A program made the translations under genes and the position numbers. A stretch of 64,000 nt of DNA. Origin: Guillardia theta CCMP2712. Its lineage: Eukaryota > Protista > Cryptophyta. The stretch covers positions 21,539 to 85,538 of the forward strand of contig NW_005434657.1 of assembly GCF_000315625.1 (NCBI RefSeq), read 5' to 3'. Of this stretch, positions 21,176-35,274 are shown piece after piece. How positions within the stretch are numbered: position 1 is the stretch's first letter; every line of letters begins with the position of its first letter. The notes beneath the pieces were generated by a model. That model had not been told where the DNA came from and made no database searches. It worked only from the letters and a program-made list of their open reading frames with translations.

Positions 21176-22269
21176 AAGCGGTAAACTTATCTGGATGATA
21201 AGAGGAGGAGGAGGAGGCGGCGGCGGCAGCAGCAACAACAATAAAAGAATACTCTTCATTTTTGACGGGTTCTAATCGCGGTTTCGTATTCCTTTTCAAC
21301 AGAATGTTCAGCAACTTGCGCCAATTCCAAGAGATGAATTCATCCTTTGCTCACTTGCAGTCACTCGACTTGGGTAGAATGTCGGTGAGGCCCCTCCCTC
21401 CACTTCTACTACTATTTAACCCCTGTCCTGTCAGCCCCAGCAGCAGAAGCAGTTTGCCGTCGAGTTCTGCACGACGAGTTACCGCACTGAGATGGAGGTG
21501 AGGGATGTGCTCTCCTTTGTGCATCCATTTTTGCAATGACAAGAAGAAGTCGAGGGTGATATTGCTGCTGCTGCTGCTGCTGCTGCTGCTTGATGCTTGT
21601 TATGATGACAATCAGGGAGAAGGAGGTGAAATTGGGAACCATGACAGTGATGACAGCCGTGAAAATAATGATGAATAGTTGTGTTGCGGATTTGAAAACG
21701 ATATTGATTAATTTTGTCCAGCAAAAACACTGTATGGAGAAAATCTTCAGCGGTAATTTATCTTGTTGGCTATCATATCATGACGAATGAGCAGGAAACA
21801 TGCAGTTCGAAGACTCTCTTACGACCATGGGATAATCATGAGTTCGTTATTTATGATTTTGTTACAAACTCTGTTCTTTGCCACAAAATGGAGACGTAGA
21901 ACGAAGAAAGAATAATTATCGGCGATTCTTTTCCATGCCAGAAGGACCTGCAGCTAATGTCCTGAACCTCGTTCATTCAGATTTCTTCACAATCGTTCAG
22001 TGCTACTTCTTGATGAGCAGTGATTCTTCGCCCGCACCATCACCGGACTCAAATTCCAGAGAGCCTTCGCTCCTTTCACCTACTTCGACTGGAAGTGAGT
22101 AGAGTCATAGGAAGAGGAAACTCGCGACCCCTGCTGTCGCTGCTGCTCGCGCTAATCAGGGCCTGGAAGACGCGGATCGTTCATCTCTCGCGCAGGCAGC
22201 ACGAGACCACTCACAGACGGTTTGGGTGGCGTCATGATAACCTCGCGCTGGCAACAGCTGAGTGGAGCT

Positions 22270-25200
22270 GAGGAACTAGGAGACTAGTACCTCCTGCTCC
22301 AGCCACTCCAGTACCCGTATCTGGTTCCAGTCACGAGCCTGTCCAGCATGAGTACCTTCTCGAACCCCTCCTCTTCAACGTCCCTCCCTCTATCCCTCTT
22401 CCTCCTCCCATGTTTCCGCGCTCACTCGTGATATCATCGTCCTGCCCTCATTGTCCGTCTGATTCAGTTTCGCTCCCTTGGAATGCAGCAGCCTAGCCAA
22501 AATCAGCGACATCATCTCTTCCTCATCCCCCATCTCCCCCTCTTTTCATTGTCTTTCACCCATCCTCAACCTGCTATCCCCTCTCCCTCCTCATCTCACT
22601 GTGCCACTTCAAGATGTCCCCTCCAGCACGCCAGGTAGATCGCTGTCCCCAAGCTGGTTCAGAGCAGCCAACGTGCCCAACACGCGTACCAGAGTATCCC
22701 TTGACCGTCTTGTCGTCGATGTGCTGCTGAAGATTTGTTGACGCATCCACGATCATGCTCGTGATGTCTGCATTGCCACTGAGCGCTGACAAAAAGAACG
22801 TCAGTCAGGCTGTGGGGATAAAGGAGGATCAGCATCGTTTACCTGCTACGTGTAGCGGAGTTTGTCCTTCCTGATCCTTGCTCGTAACATCAGCTCTGCC
22901 AGAGGTATTAGAAGAGAGGGGGAGGAAGGGGGAAGGAAGAGGATAAAGCGAAGGAGGACAAGGATGAGGATGAGGAGTACGATCACTTGTGACTGATGAA
23001 CATGCGTACGAGATCGACGTCCTGCAGGATCACAGCGAGATGAAGTGGGGCTGAGGAGAAAAAGGCGTTGAGTACAGAGATCAGAAGTGGATGCGAGGTA
23101 GGAGGGGAGGCAGGGAGGTAGCAATGCAGCAAGGGATTCGCATTCTCTCACTCGTATTGTCGTCCGATCTCAGCGCATGGACGGCTCTCGGGTCTCTGAG
23201 AATCAAGGGAGTCACCCCGGAGGAGCATGCAGTCATAAGGCAAGGAAATTCCACCTCCGCAAGATCGCCCGCACATTCTCGACGCTGTTCGGCGATTCAC
23301 ACGCCCCTGCAGAAGAAATGAGCAAGTGGGCAGAGATGGACTGATATCGCATGCACGCACTGAAGATCTCATTGTCTCGCAGAGGACAAAGACAAGGGCA
23401 GAATTTGCCAATCAGCTGCAGAGAATACAGGATCAACCAAGAGAAGAAAGAGACTGTCAATCACCTCAACAACTCGACTCCTTGCCATTGACTTACAACC
23501 CCGCGACAACAACTGTCGTGCCGTTGAACTATGATTGCGATCAGGGATGACACATTAAATGCTACAGTGTAGACCTACCTGACTGATTGCAAAGTACGAA
23601 CAAGATGCAATAAAGAGAAATGCCACTGAGATAGTCTATGTGAGACAAAGACAACAACATCGGGAATGAGAGTGAGATTTGAAGCAAAAAGAAGATAAGC
23701 TGAGATACGAGCCAAGTATATTCTACCTTCACGCGCAACCAGTGAATGAGAGAGCAAGAACCTAAAGAGGAAAAGGAGAAACATCAACAAACTCTTCAAC
23801 AGAACCAGAGAAGACCTCTTGCCATCAAACCATGCCAGCAAGGTACATCATTCAGTCATTACACGTCGCAAGGTCGATGACGATCGCTGGTGTAGGTGGA
23901 AACTGCAAGTCCAGAGTCAGTGAGGACATATTTGATCTCCCTCGCTCCCTCGCTCCCTCGCTCCCTCGCTCCCTCTCTCCCTCTCTCAGGCTGGGCGCTC
24001 GCATGACGAGACGAAATGATAGTGAGCCAGACTTGAAAAGGAAGGTGAATATTTAAAGTTTGGAGATATCAATTCAATAATGCAATCCAACATTTTAAAA
24101 TTCCTTGTCCACAAGACTCGAACATGCCGCTAAAGCTAAAGCTACATCCACCAGACAATATGCAGCTACATCTGAAGCTACATCCACAAGACATTACTGC
24201 TGTCTAGTCGCGCAAGGATCTGAATGTCCTGACAGCAGTCAAAACTAAGCGAGTCATGTGGCGGAGATTTCATCGTGCTAGAGAAGATGCCCTGAAAACA
24301 TCAGCCAATAAGAGGGAAGGACAGGCGATCACGAGAAGTAGCGAGTAGGCATCGAAGAAGCAGGGCAATGAAGTAGCGAAGGAGCAATATTGGCAGCTCC
24401 TCACGAAGGCAAAGTGGTATTTGCAATCAAATCAGCCGCAGCTGCAATGGGCACAGCAGGAAAGACCAGATGGTGGAGGATGAGCGAGGAACACATCGAA
24501 AGACATATCGGTAAACGCAAACCTTTCTGTCGTCGCAGGAGAATTCCCACGGATTTTTGTCAATCATCCAGCTATCAGAATCGTCTGTGCTCTTTGCTGA
24601 CAACTCATTCTCGTAAAGACTTGCGCTGTGGTTCTGAGAAGCAAAACTCAGAAAATGAGGAATTGTGACCTGCTAATCCCACCATTCTTGTGTCATCATA
24701 ATTGCTACCTTGTTTGGTAAAAAAACCAATCTCCATGTCATCTGAGCGAAAGTCAAGGAGTCTGTAACAGTCAGATGGTTGCAAACCTTGCTCGTTCTCA
24801 TCCAAGTAGAGATCTTGCGGCAAGAGAGGACGCGTTGCTATCACCTTTGGCATGCTTGACGTGGAGCTGCTTCCAAACTTAACCGGAGCACGTTGCATGG
24901 AGCTCCTCTCTGATTCCTTGTTGTCTCTTGTCGAGAGCTCGAGGGCTTCCAGCGCTTCTTTGACCATCGACTTTCGGAAAGCATCGTCTTCGGTGCACCA
25001 GAGCTCGCAGGTGCGGTTCTGATTGCTTTCTTGAAGAAAGTCTTCACCGGTTGAACCCGAATTCCCGCTCCTCAAATGTTCTGATCGATCGCTCGCGGTA
25101 ATTCCCCCGTAGTTGAGCAGAGTATTATTTCTGTGCAAAAACAAATCATGAAATAAAAGAGTGAGCAGACAGGAATACCTGAGGTCTATGGAGCACATCT

Positions 25201-25900
25201 TCTGCAATGCTTGCTGGTGAATCCTACTTGATAGACTTTGAGGCTTCTTCAGATGATCTGCACTCAAATCTATCTCTGAAAGCTGTTCAGCTGATACCAA
25301 GATTCCGTACTACACATTGCAAACCTCTGGTTGCACAGTTTTCTTCAACGCGCTTCAGAATTTGATAATGCTCAACAATTTCTCTCCCATTTTCAGCCAG
25401 CATGTCTATGTTGTTAGACAGAGACACCGATAAAGGCAATTCACAAGATGAGCTGTGTACAGATCTGAGAAAAGATTCACAAGATAAAATCACTTGACGT
25501 TCAACAGTCACTACATTTCATCTCTCTCATCGAAAACTTCAGTCCATGCCTGATGTCGATCACAGTTGCCTGCAAACCTTCGAGTCACTTTCTTTTATGT
25601 CTTCCTATCTCGCAATACTTGGTTGAGGGGATAACAGAATCCAATCACGGACTCGAGCACCTTTTTCTGTTCCAATCCAAATCTGTGCCATCAACAGTGA
25701 GCATGTGTCTACTTATGACGTAGCATTCACTTTATGGACTGGAGAGTTCATCATTCTTGACCTCGTGTCTCTTAAATAAATGTTTGCAGAGAGCGAAGAG
25801 GATTGCACTGGTTTATCAATACCTGTAGAGAAAATCATATCGTTTGCGTCAAAACGGCCCAGCGCTCTAAAATTGCTCCATTACCTGCCCGCATGTACCA
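22270..25900 (-). CDS. Multi-exon hypothetical protein(s), possibly with ankyrin-like segments
   Basis: Long exon-like ORF 24605-25300 plus fragments SALSGNADITSMIVDA and LMTACSSGVTPL. May be more than one gene. Confidence 0.35.
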
Positions 25901-26474
25901 TGACTCGACCCATGCCGAATGTCTTCCATTCATCATTGTCCATCCCTCTCGCTCTATACCAGCCATTCCCCTCGCTGATACCTCACCAGGGTAGTGACCT
26001 TACCACCCCAACCCTGTCTAGATAATAATTTTAATATACAACCCCACCCACTGGAATTACTCAGGTTAATACCCCCCCCGATCGCCATGCCGGGACTAAT
26101 TGGTCCACCCACCTTGTTCCGCTAAACCAAGACTTCAATTTCCGGCCTGGCACATACTACCCGTGGTAAAGGAGGGGGCCGCATATCATGTCATGGAGAC
26201 TAGTGGGTACTTTTCACCCCTCAGTACGCTTCAGGAGCAGAGGGTAGTCAGCGATTTGTCGTTGCCCTACTTACCATTTTATTAGCTAGCCGCCTCAGTA
26301 GTGCCGGTGGGTCCGGTCCGAGTCTGGCGGCGACCGGATGAACCAGGTCGGACCCGGTGGTTCTCCGAGGACAGTATGGTACTAGTACCAGCATGTAACG
26401 GTAGTAACTCAACCGGGAGTGTGACCGGTACTCGATTCGACTGTAGAATTTTTGCAAACCACATGCCGCGGCAC

Positions 26475-27370
26475 AACAGGCCAATGAAATCGTTTACTCA
26501 AAGTTAAGTTAAAATCAGTACGAGGACAATCAGGAGAGTCGAGGAGGCTTGACCCTGACACAACTGTCGCACAGGCCAAACGGCGAGAAGAGAAAGACAG
26601 CGAGAACCAAACCCAATCCTGCCGACTGCTGTCCCCCAAACTTAACTTGTGTCTGACTCGTAGTACCTTCACTTAACGGCGCGCAGGGCAAGTCCCCCGC
26701 GCGGCCATGCCAGCCTCGGATGTCGCGGTGGCCGCCGCCGAAGGAATGAGACGCATACCGGGATGCACCCGCGATGATGGCAGCGTAGGACAGGGAGGCC
26801 TTGAGCTGACGAAATATCCTGGACCGGATGCGTTTGCAAGTCGGATCACCTGAGACGTCTTGCGAGGCCGAGATACCATCCAGCGCTGCCGTTTCCTTGT
26901 TCCGACCGAGCGATCCGCCAGCCACCACAGAAAGCGCAACGCATCGTCCTGCCGCGGCAAGAGGCCATCAGTGCTGGCGATGATGGGAAGAAAGGCCTTT
27001 GGCGGGACGTGCTGAGCATATGCCGCGAGGTCACGATGCCCTCGGATCTTCCGCTGTGCTGCCGCTTAATGATTTACTTTACTCAAAGTTAAGTTAAAAA
27101 TCAGTACGAGGACAATCAGGAGAGTCGAGGCCCTGAGGCTTCGGACCCTGACACTGCCGCACAGGCCCGGGCCAAACGGCGATACCTGGACAATTTCCCC
27201 GGCGCGCCATGCCAGCGACATCGCTGTCGAACCTGCAAGGGTTCTTCGAGTTCGCACAGTAGTCCGCTTACTCGGATTGAAACCCTGCTCGGCCCCGGCC
27301 GCGCGGCGTGACTCGGGTGACGCCGGCCCCGGGCCCGGCCCGGCCGGGCGCCCCGGCCGGCGTAAGACCT
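26475..27370. repeat. GC-rich island containing two diverged copies of the TTTACTCAAAG-family repeat
   Basis: TTTACTCAAAGTTAAGTTAAAA(A)TCAGTACGAGGACAATCAGGAGAGTCGAGG at 26493 and 27078, with further downstream similarity. Confidence 0.8.
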
Positions 27371-29371
27371 GCCATTCGTGTAACCATGCTGACATGCTGA
27401 TGGACCTTCTGGTCAGGGACTATGGTGGAGCAAGATGAGGGAAACTCGAGGGGCCCCTGGAGGAGGGCAGTTGAGAGGACGCGATGATGAAAGGGAATGA
27501 AAGAGGACTGGGAAGGGTTAACACAGCAGAGAACTTGAGGGAGGAGAGCATAGAGAGTATTAGGAAATGAAGTGCGAAAACATTCAGGGTTTGTAAATTG
27601 AACCGAGGGGTTGAACTTGTTCTCTTCTCCAGGTTTTTGTTATCGAAGCTTTATGTGGTAATTTTCGTTTGTTGTTGAGGACACAATCTATCTAGGATTT
27701 CTCAGCGAGCAGTCAATGTGCATACATGATATTTTGAAGGGTCGTGGCATTTGGGAAAACTTGTTTCATACAAGGAGGACATCTTATCACGTCGTAAAGA
27801 AGTACACGAGAATTGTCCCGTCTAAAACCAACAGCTCTCACTGGCAGAAAGAAACTGATGCGGGAAAAACAGATGACTCTATACCAGGTGGGTGGGAGGC
27901 ATGAGCAGGAAGATTTCTCACGTGGCATGACTAGGATTCGTTGTCATCTCGGTGATATCCAAGAGAAACTTGGGGTACTCCACCAGACATTCTTTCATGC
28001 GTTAGCTGATTTCACTGAGCTAGGCGTGCATGTCCAAGACAGCGTCCGAGACCATTCAGGACAAAGCGGACTGGTATGCAGGATCAAATGCTTGAATCAT
28101 CCCCTCATTTTTCACAACACACAGGAGGAAAGGGTAACAAAAACGTCAGAACCAATTACTTGTTGGGCTTGGACGATTGATGCAAACAGACAGCTCGATT
28201 AAACCCATAACTTTAGTCCTTACACTCAGAGAAAAAGCTTGTACAGCATAGGCCTGCTAAATTACAGCCAACACACTGGCAACGATCATCTGTTCTGCCT
28301 CATCAAGAGGTTTTTTTTGCGCAGCGATTTGCCAGTGAGGCGAGAAGTCTGGTTTCCTGAAACCAATCAAATCACTAAAGATGTGGGAAACTAGACGTCA
28401 CGTACATGTCCTGTTCTTGCACCACTGATCAAGAAGAACGCGCTCATCTTCATGGTTTCAGCATTGAATTGAAGACATACATGATTACGAAGCATGTCGG
28501 ACTGTGCGGCATTCTGAGCTTGATTGTGAAATCGTCCGTCTCATCACTGATGGCGGTGAGCAACAGTTGAGGTAAAAAAATGCAAATTCCACCTGGAAAT
28601 CCTGTTATGCTTGAGTTCTTTGTTCTTTGTTCGAAAGACATGCAGCCTAGGGAAAGAAAGAAATCAAGTAGAGCGCGCCGAATCACGAGTACAAGGCAAA
28701 AAATGACGCAAGAACCTGCGATACAGGAAGTGGCTCCTAATCCAAATTGCGATAGCAGTATGCAATTCATCTGAGTTCTCAATATACGGTAGCAAGTTTC
28801 CAAAAGCGATGGCAGGAGGGTCCATGGGAGGTTGACACCTTCATATAAACCCTAGAAACAGACAAGTAAGAAAGAAATATCAAATCCATGTTTGAAATGG
28901 ATGTTGCTGTTTCAACTTTGTACCTCTTGCTGTTGGCCCTCGTACTCTTCAAGGATCACTTGAGCTCAGGCTACTAGTTCTCCATGCTATCACCCATTCA
29001 GATCAATCTCATGTCCCTCCCTCCGCTTCCCTGCCCTTGCAAAACGTGCACTGTCGGCACCGCTAAGTACATGGCTGCATTCTTTCAGGTAGTACCAAGA
29101 TGATGGGAGACCAGACGCAACCCCTACCCCAGACCAGACCCCAGACAGTACCCCAGACCCAGCCGCTCAGCCTGAGACCCAGCCCCAGAGCAGCCCCAGA
29201 CCTTTACCCAGACCCCTACCATCCCATGTACCATCCTGCCTACCAGTACCCCCATAATTTATACTACTCGAAGGGGTAGAAGAACTTTCAGTTGGAAATC
29301 GGTCCGCTTAGCAGGACTGTGAGTTGCCAACCGTCTCACATGCTCTCTATCGAGCTCTTCTCTCGTGCTCT

Positions 29372-30012
29372 TCATACTCTCTCTATCTCATACTCTCTCT
29401 ATCTCATACTCTCTCTATCTCATACTCTCTCTATCTCATACTCTCTCTATCTCATACTCTCTATCTCATACCCTCTCTATCTCATACCCTCTCTATCTCA
29501 TACTCTCTCTATCTCATACTCTCTCTATCTCATACTCTCTCTATCTCATACTCTGTCTATCTCATACTCTCTCTATCTCATACTCTCTCTATATCATACT
29601 CTCTCTATCTCATACTCTCTCTATCTCATACTCTCTCTATCTCATACTCTCTCTATCTCATACTCTCTCTATCTCATACTCTGTCTATCTCATACTCTCT
29701 CTATCTCATACTCTCTCTATCTCATACTCTCTCTATCTCATACTCTGTCTATCTCATACTCTCTCTATCTCATACTCTCTCTATCTCATACTCTCTCTAT
29801 CTCATACTCTCTCTATATCATACTCTCTCTATCTCATACTCTCTCTATCTCATACTCTCTCTATCTCATACTCTCTCTATATCATACTCTCTCTATCTCA
29901 TACTCTCTCTATATCATACTCTCTCTATCTCATACCCTCTCTATCTCATACTCTCTCTATCTCATACTCTCTCTATTTCATACTCTGTCTATCTCATACC
30001 CTCTCTATCTCA
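29372..30012. repeat. 16-bp minisatellite (ATCTCATACTCTCTCT)~40
   Basis: Directly visible; explains three spurious overlapping ORFs. Confidence 0.97.
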
Positions 30013-30165
30013 CGTTCTATATCTGCTCATGCTCCTTGTCTACTCATGCTCTAGTATCGTGGCTCTCCTACTGTTTGATAGTGATGATAGTAACAAGGAT
30101 GAACATGACGACACTGATTGACAAAGACGTCGGACCATGATCACGAGACGACGACGACGACGAGT

Positions 30166-30197
<32 letters not shown>

Positions 30198-30317
30198 CGG
30201 ACGATGATAATCATCATGGAGGAGGACGAGGAGGATGTCACAAAATGACGGTTCTTAACCTGTGCAATCAAACCTTACAAAGCAGTGACGCATTGATATT
30301 ATATTGACATAATGTAG

Positions 30318-31309
30318 ATGGAGCTTTTCCCCAAGCCTCCTCCATGCACGTCCATGTACTACACCAGCATACCTGAAGCAAGTTTGAAGACTTCTGCCAA
30401 GTCGTGGAGGCGAAGTTCGTCCTCTTACGGCGACTTCTTCTCGACTATTCCTTTGCAGCAGATCGAAGAGAGATTGAATTCAATCGCAACCAACACTGAG
30501 GTGACAACCATGTTCACAGCGCTCAGGCTCATGCACATGCACATGCTGCTGATCCCTCTCCTGTCTATGTGATTCAACTGCTCTTTCTCCCCTCCTGCGC
30601 TTCTGCCTGCCCCATCAACTTTCCTCCTAACACATATCTTCTTCGGCGCTCCTGGACCTGGTCCTCCTGACTTCCTCTGCAGGCGTTCGATCGGGAGCTT
30701 GAGTCAGAAGATCCTCCTCCCTTCGTCTCGACCTCTCATGCCTCTCATGCCCCCATGCCTGACCGAGCCATCCAGCAGCACTTCATTCACAAGCGCACTT
30801 CTGCCTCCCTCGTCGATGGCAGTGGTCAAGCGCAGGTGGTCGAGATCCCGCTGGAGCTCGCGGCTCCCAACTTCTACTTCTTGAGGGACGCGGACGGGTC
30901 GAGGAGGGTGCTGGAGGTCACAGACCCTTCGCTCCCTCCGACCAAGACCAGACACGAGGAGGCGATGGCAACCAGCAGCGTGCGATCCATGTCCAACGTG
31001 CAGAACTCGGGGATGCAGACTAGACACCAGAAGGACTTTGTGGACATGCAGTCGCGTGCGGACAAGTTGGAGAAGCGAGCCAGAGAGATCGGAGCAGAGC
31101 GAGAGCAGCGCGCGGCCAGCACAGGCGCCTACGGAGAGACGGAGCGGATGACGATTCCTCGTGTGTTCAAGTATGAGCACGGTGCAACGTTGACGAAGCG
31201 CGATGTGGAGATCATGATGAAAACGAGAAAGCCAAACCCTCACCCCCCTAGCGCGACGGTGGCGACGGCAGGAGAACTTATCTACTCCTCCGCGGAGGAC
31301 GTTATGTGA
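30318..31309 (+). CDS. Two-exon hypothetical protein
   Basis: Exon 30318-~30501 (GAG|GTGA), pyrimidine-rich intron ending CTGCAG at ~30682, then in frame with ORF 30755-31309. Confidence 0.6.
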
Positions 31310-31315
31310 GATGAG

Positions 31316-34300
31316 CTAGACAGGCGGCAGGTGGAGGTCTTTGATTGCCTCATGCATCTGGGCTCTTGTAAATGTCTTCGTCCGATAGATCTTCAAAGTC
31401 GTCCTGCAGAAAGTCAGTGACGAGCAGGAGGAGCGAGGAAGAGGGGGAGGGGGAGGGGGAGGGTCAGGCACTCGGCCAGTGAAAGCCAGGAACTTCACCG
31501 AATAATCTTCGCATTCGAAGTTTCCAAGCTCGAGCAGCTTCATCGAAGTGTGATCCGTCAAATTCTCCCATGCGCACTCCTGCACAACCTTGTGAGCCTC
31601 GTGGCCTCCTCCTTCTCAATGTTTTCATTTCCAACCTTGCCAACCCGTCCGCTCTCCTTGTCCCTCTCGCTTGCATCCTCGAAGTTCTCTCCACTCCCTC
31701 CGAACTGCTCAGAGACCTGCCGCTCTGTGCTGTCGTCCTCGAAGTCGTCCTCGTACATCTGTTCCATAAGCAGCCGTCTCCTCCTCTCCTCTCTGTTACC
31801 TCAGACTCCTCCCGCTTGCTAATACGACTTTGTTCCTCCATGCCCGGCGGAATGTCATGCCTGGTGACCGGGCATCAAAGGGGGAGGGGGAGAGAAAGAG
31901 ACAGTAAGGGAGGAAGCGCGCAGGGAATGGAGAGGAGGGAAGAGGAGAAGAGCGGGTGACGAAGTGAAGTCACAGGGGAGGAGGGGAGGCGATCATGCTA
32001 ACATGCTATCGTCAATCCAGATCAGCTGGCTGTTTCCCTTGAGACTGTCTTGGCTAAACGGGCTGCGGCCTTTCTCACACTCGTGCCATGGACAGTCTTC
32101 TCACCTGTCTTCCTGCTCCTGCCCGTCTCCAGCAGAGCTGGGCAGCTGGGACAAAGATTTCATGCTCGTCTCAACCAAGAGGATCTTCCGTGGCTTGACT
32201 TGGGTGCCTTGCTCCTGCTCCCGCTTACCCTCCTCTCGTCCCTCATCTGTTGCAAGGCATCAGCAATGCCTCACCGACCAAAACGTTTCACCTCCGTCCT
32301 CCTCAGCGGTTTGTCCTTTTGAATCGTCCCTGGCATACGCGTGGAGGAGACGGACGTAGCTGTCCTGTGAGGTGTCGCCGCTTTTCTGGAGGCAGAGACG
32401 AGCGTCTTCATCGAGCCTCTGCTTGGGAGAATCTACTTCCTCCTTGATGGGAATGTTGATCTGCGAGGGTTGAGCGGCGGCTGGGCAGAGAGAGGACAAG
32501 ACCTGACTGAGATCTGAAAGATCCTTCATGTCCCCTGCATACTTCTCGTCCTCGACGGGACTTCCAACGGGACACTGTGAGGAGAGTGAGTGAAATTTCA
32601 GGGCAGAAAGAGCAAAATGGAAGAGAAATGAGATGGAAGAGGAAAGAAAGAAGTCCGAACATTCAAAAACCCGTAAGATTTGTGCTCAACTTCCATCTCG
32701 AGCGGTGAAGGCATTCTCCATGCTGTTTCAAGAACATTAGGAGGAGGAAGAGGAGAACATCAGGGGGTGACCTGAAGAAGGCTTGGAAGGACATGAGCTC
32801 TCCTGGCTGGTGGAAGACTCGTCGGCAAGGTACTTGTGGGCCGAAGATGGCGTCCCTCTTTCTTGTCATGAGCTCCTCCTCCTCCTCCTTGCTCGCATAC
32901 CTTGAATCCTGTACCTCGTTCTCGATGTTCACGATGACTCTGTGGATCCGCTGCAGGCGAAGGGTGAGGAGGATGAGGGAAAGTAGAAGCTAGGAGAAGA
33001 CGGGGGAGGAAGGGGACAAGGGAAGGTGACAAACTAATGCAACTGAGAAGCAGATGGAGATCGATCAAGAGGATGCCGGCGAAGAGAAACTTACTGGAGT
33101 TCGATCGGTTGACATGTTTGAAGCAGAATGCTCGAGGTTTCTGGGGTTGTCTTGACCAACAGTGAGCCCTTCGAATCAAAGAGCCGCATGAACCTTCTGC
33201 TGCCCGTCGAGATGAGTGCGAAGATTTCCAGTCCAGAAAGTTTCTCTTTGCTCTGCTGCTGACGGCAGAGCTCATCTCACTCTGCTCTTCCTTCTCCACT
33301 GACATGTCCTGCCACCACGTTTGACAAAGGAAGAAGAGGAAGAGCAGGAAAAGAGGCAGAGAATTTGAGAAAGACGAGGTGGAGAGGGAGGATATCATAG
33401 AGGAGGGGTGTTGCTGTCGAAGATGTTGGTAGGGTAGTATTGGCTGTAAGTGGAGGAGGAGGAGGAGGAGGAGGAGAAGGAGGAGGTGGTGGTGGTGGTG
33501 GGGTGGAGGAAAAAGGAAAACGACCTCCGGCAACTTTATCTCAGGCAGAGATTCACGGGTGAAGCAGACGGAAACCTTGAGATCTGGTTGTCAGGACACT
33601 TTTCTCTCGACTCCTCTCCTCAACCTCTTGCAGGAATTTTCTCTGAAGGACTTCCGAGACTGATGGACGTTTGGCCGGGTCTTGCTGCAGTAGGTCTGGG
33701 AGCAGAAGTCAACCAATCTCTCTGCACGTATCCATCCTTTCATCCTGAACCTCCCCTGCCCCCATCCTCTGTGCCTCTGGACTAAACTCATCTCGTAGTG
33801 TGCTCCCCTCCTCTTGTCCCTCCCCCCCTCACCTTCCACCAGCTTCGAGATGTCCTTCCCCCACTCGTCCTCGTTCACCGGCGGGAACTGCCAGCACGTC
33901 AGGAAGTGACGGAGGGCGGGAGGCCTCCACCTTCCCCTGCATGATGTTGAGAACTAGCTCGTTGAGGTTCTTCGCCTCGAACGCGTGACGTAGCATGACA
34001 ACCTCGTACAGCAGGCAGCCGACCGCCCACATATCAGACTTGTGGTTGTAGGGCTGGTTCTGGCACAGCTCTGGCGACATGTAGTAGGGAGTGCCAATGA
34101 CTGTGGACGCCATGTCCTCTGTCGAGCTGAGGGACTTTGAGATTCCAAAGTCTCCTAACTTGACGCTCGTCCTGTGGCTGCCGGGGGGCAGGCGCTTCAG
34201 ACACGCCTGCGGCACGTAGCCCTTGTGCTCGAGGTTCGACATCCCGTTGACCCGCTCGCTGAACCCGAAGGTCCATCCATCTCGTGCCTTGTGGGTCACG

Positions 34301-35139
34301 AAGAAGAGCCCGTCTTTCTTCACTTGCGGTGTGTACTTCCCCTCCTCCTGGGCCCCGCGCTCCTCCTTCCAGTCGCTCACAGCCATCTGTCGCTCAGGCA
34401 CGATGAAGACATTCTGTGACTTGAGGTCGCGATGAAGAATTCGCTTCTCCTCATGGAGGTACCTCAGGGCCTCCAGGATCTGCGCCAGCCACTCCAGCAC
34501 CTGCTCCATGGTAAAAGTGCGCGAGGAGGACCGGGCTGCTCGGATCTGCGAGTGCAAGTCTCCTCCGCTGCAGAACGCCATGACGATGCAGAGGTGGCTG
34601 TCGCGGATGAAGGAGTCCTTGTAGGCGACGATGTTCCTGTGCCTCAGCCGCTGCAGCATCTTCACCTCGTTGATCGCTTCCTTGTGCTCCTTGGAACCCT
34701 CCTCCACCACAAACACTCTCTTGAGCACCACGAAGCTGCTTGTAGTCCCTCGTCTCCGCGCAAGGTACACGCTGCCGTAGGACCCATGCCCGATGCGCTT
34801 GATGGCCTCATACCTGTCCGCTACGATGCCGCCCTCCATAAGGCCTCCGCCACCAGTCGTCAACTGCGAAGCTACGGCATTGCCAACCCTGAGCCCGAGG
34901 TCCACGTAATGTCTCCGGTTGCTGCTGACTCGCAGATGGAAGAAGCTTCGCGACTTGCTGTCACTCGCATGCTCGTCCAAGAATATCAAGCAACCTGCAC
35001 CTGCTTCCATCTCTGTTAGCGATTCCTCGCCATGCCACTTCGCCTCTCGATCCACATCTCTTCCCATCCCATCCCTTCCTCTTCTCTCTCGCTTTCTCGC
35101 ACTCCCTGCACTCAGCTTGACCTCGTTCACACTGCTCAT
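31316..35139 (-). CDS. NEK: NIMA-related (NEK) Ser/Thr kinase with SH3-like insertion; multi-exon C-terminal tail
   Basis: GHGSYG, VVLKRV, ILHRDLKSQNVF, VKLGDFGISK, IGTPYYMSPELCQNQPYNHKSDMWAVGCLLYE (NEK signature) in ORF 33829-35139. Downstream exons to ~31316 are inferred. Confidence 0.9.
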
Positions 35140-35274
35140 CCTCTTCTCTCCCCGCCCTCCCTCCTCTCCCTCCCCCTCTCAGCATGAGTCGCTCCCTAAA
35201 CAATTGAAACCTGCTCTTTTTCACTGCCTTTTACTGCCTAAAACCGTTGAACGGAAACCGCTGCGAGCTCTGGG

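Noticed and set aside
29292-30140. Three overlapping SLSHTL-repeat ORFs
   Set aside because: 16-bp minisatellite without stops on this strand.
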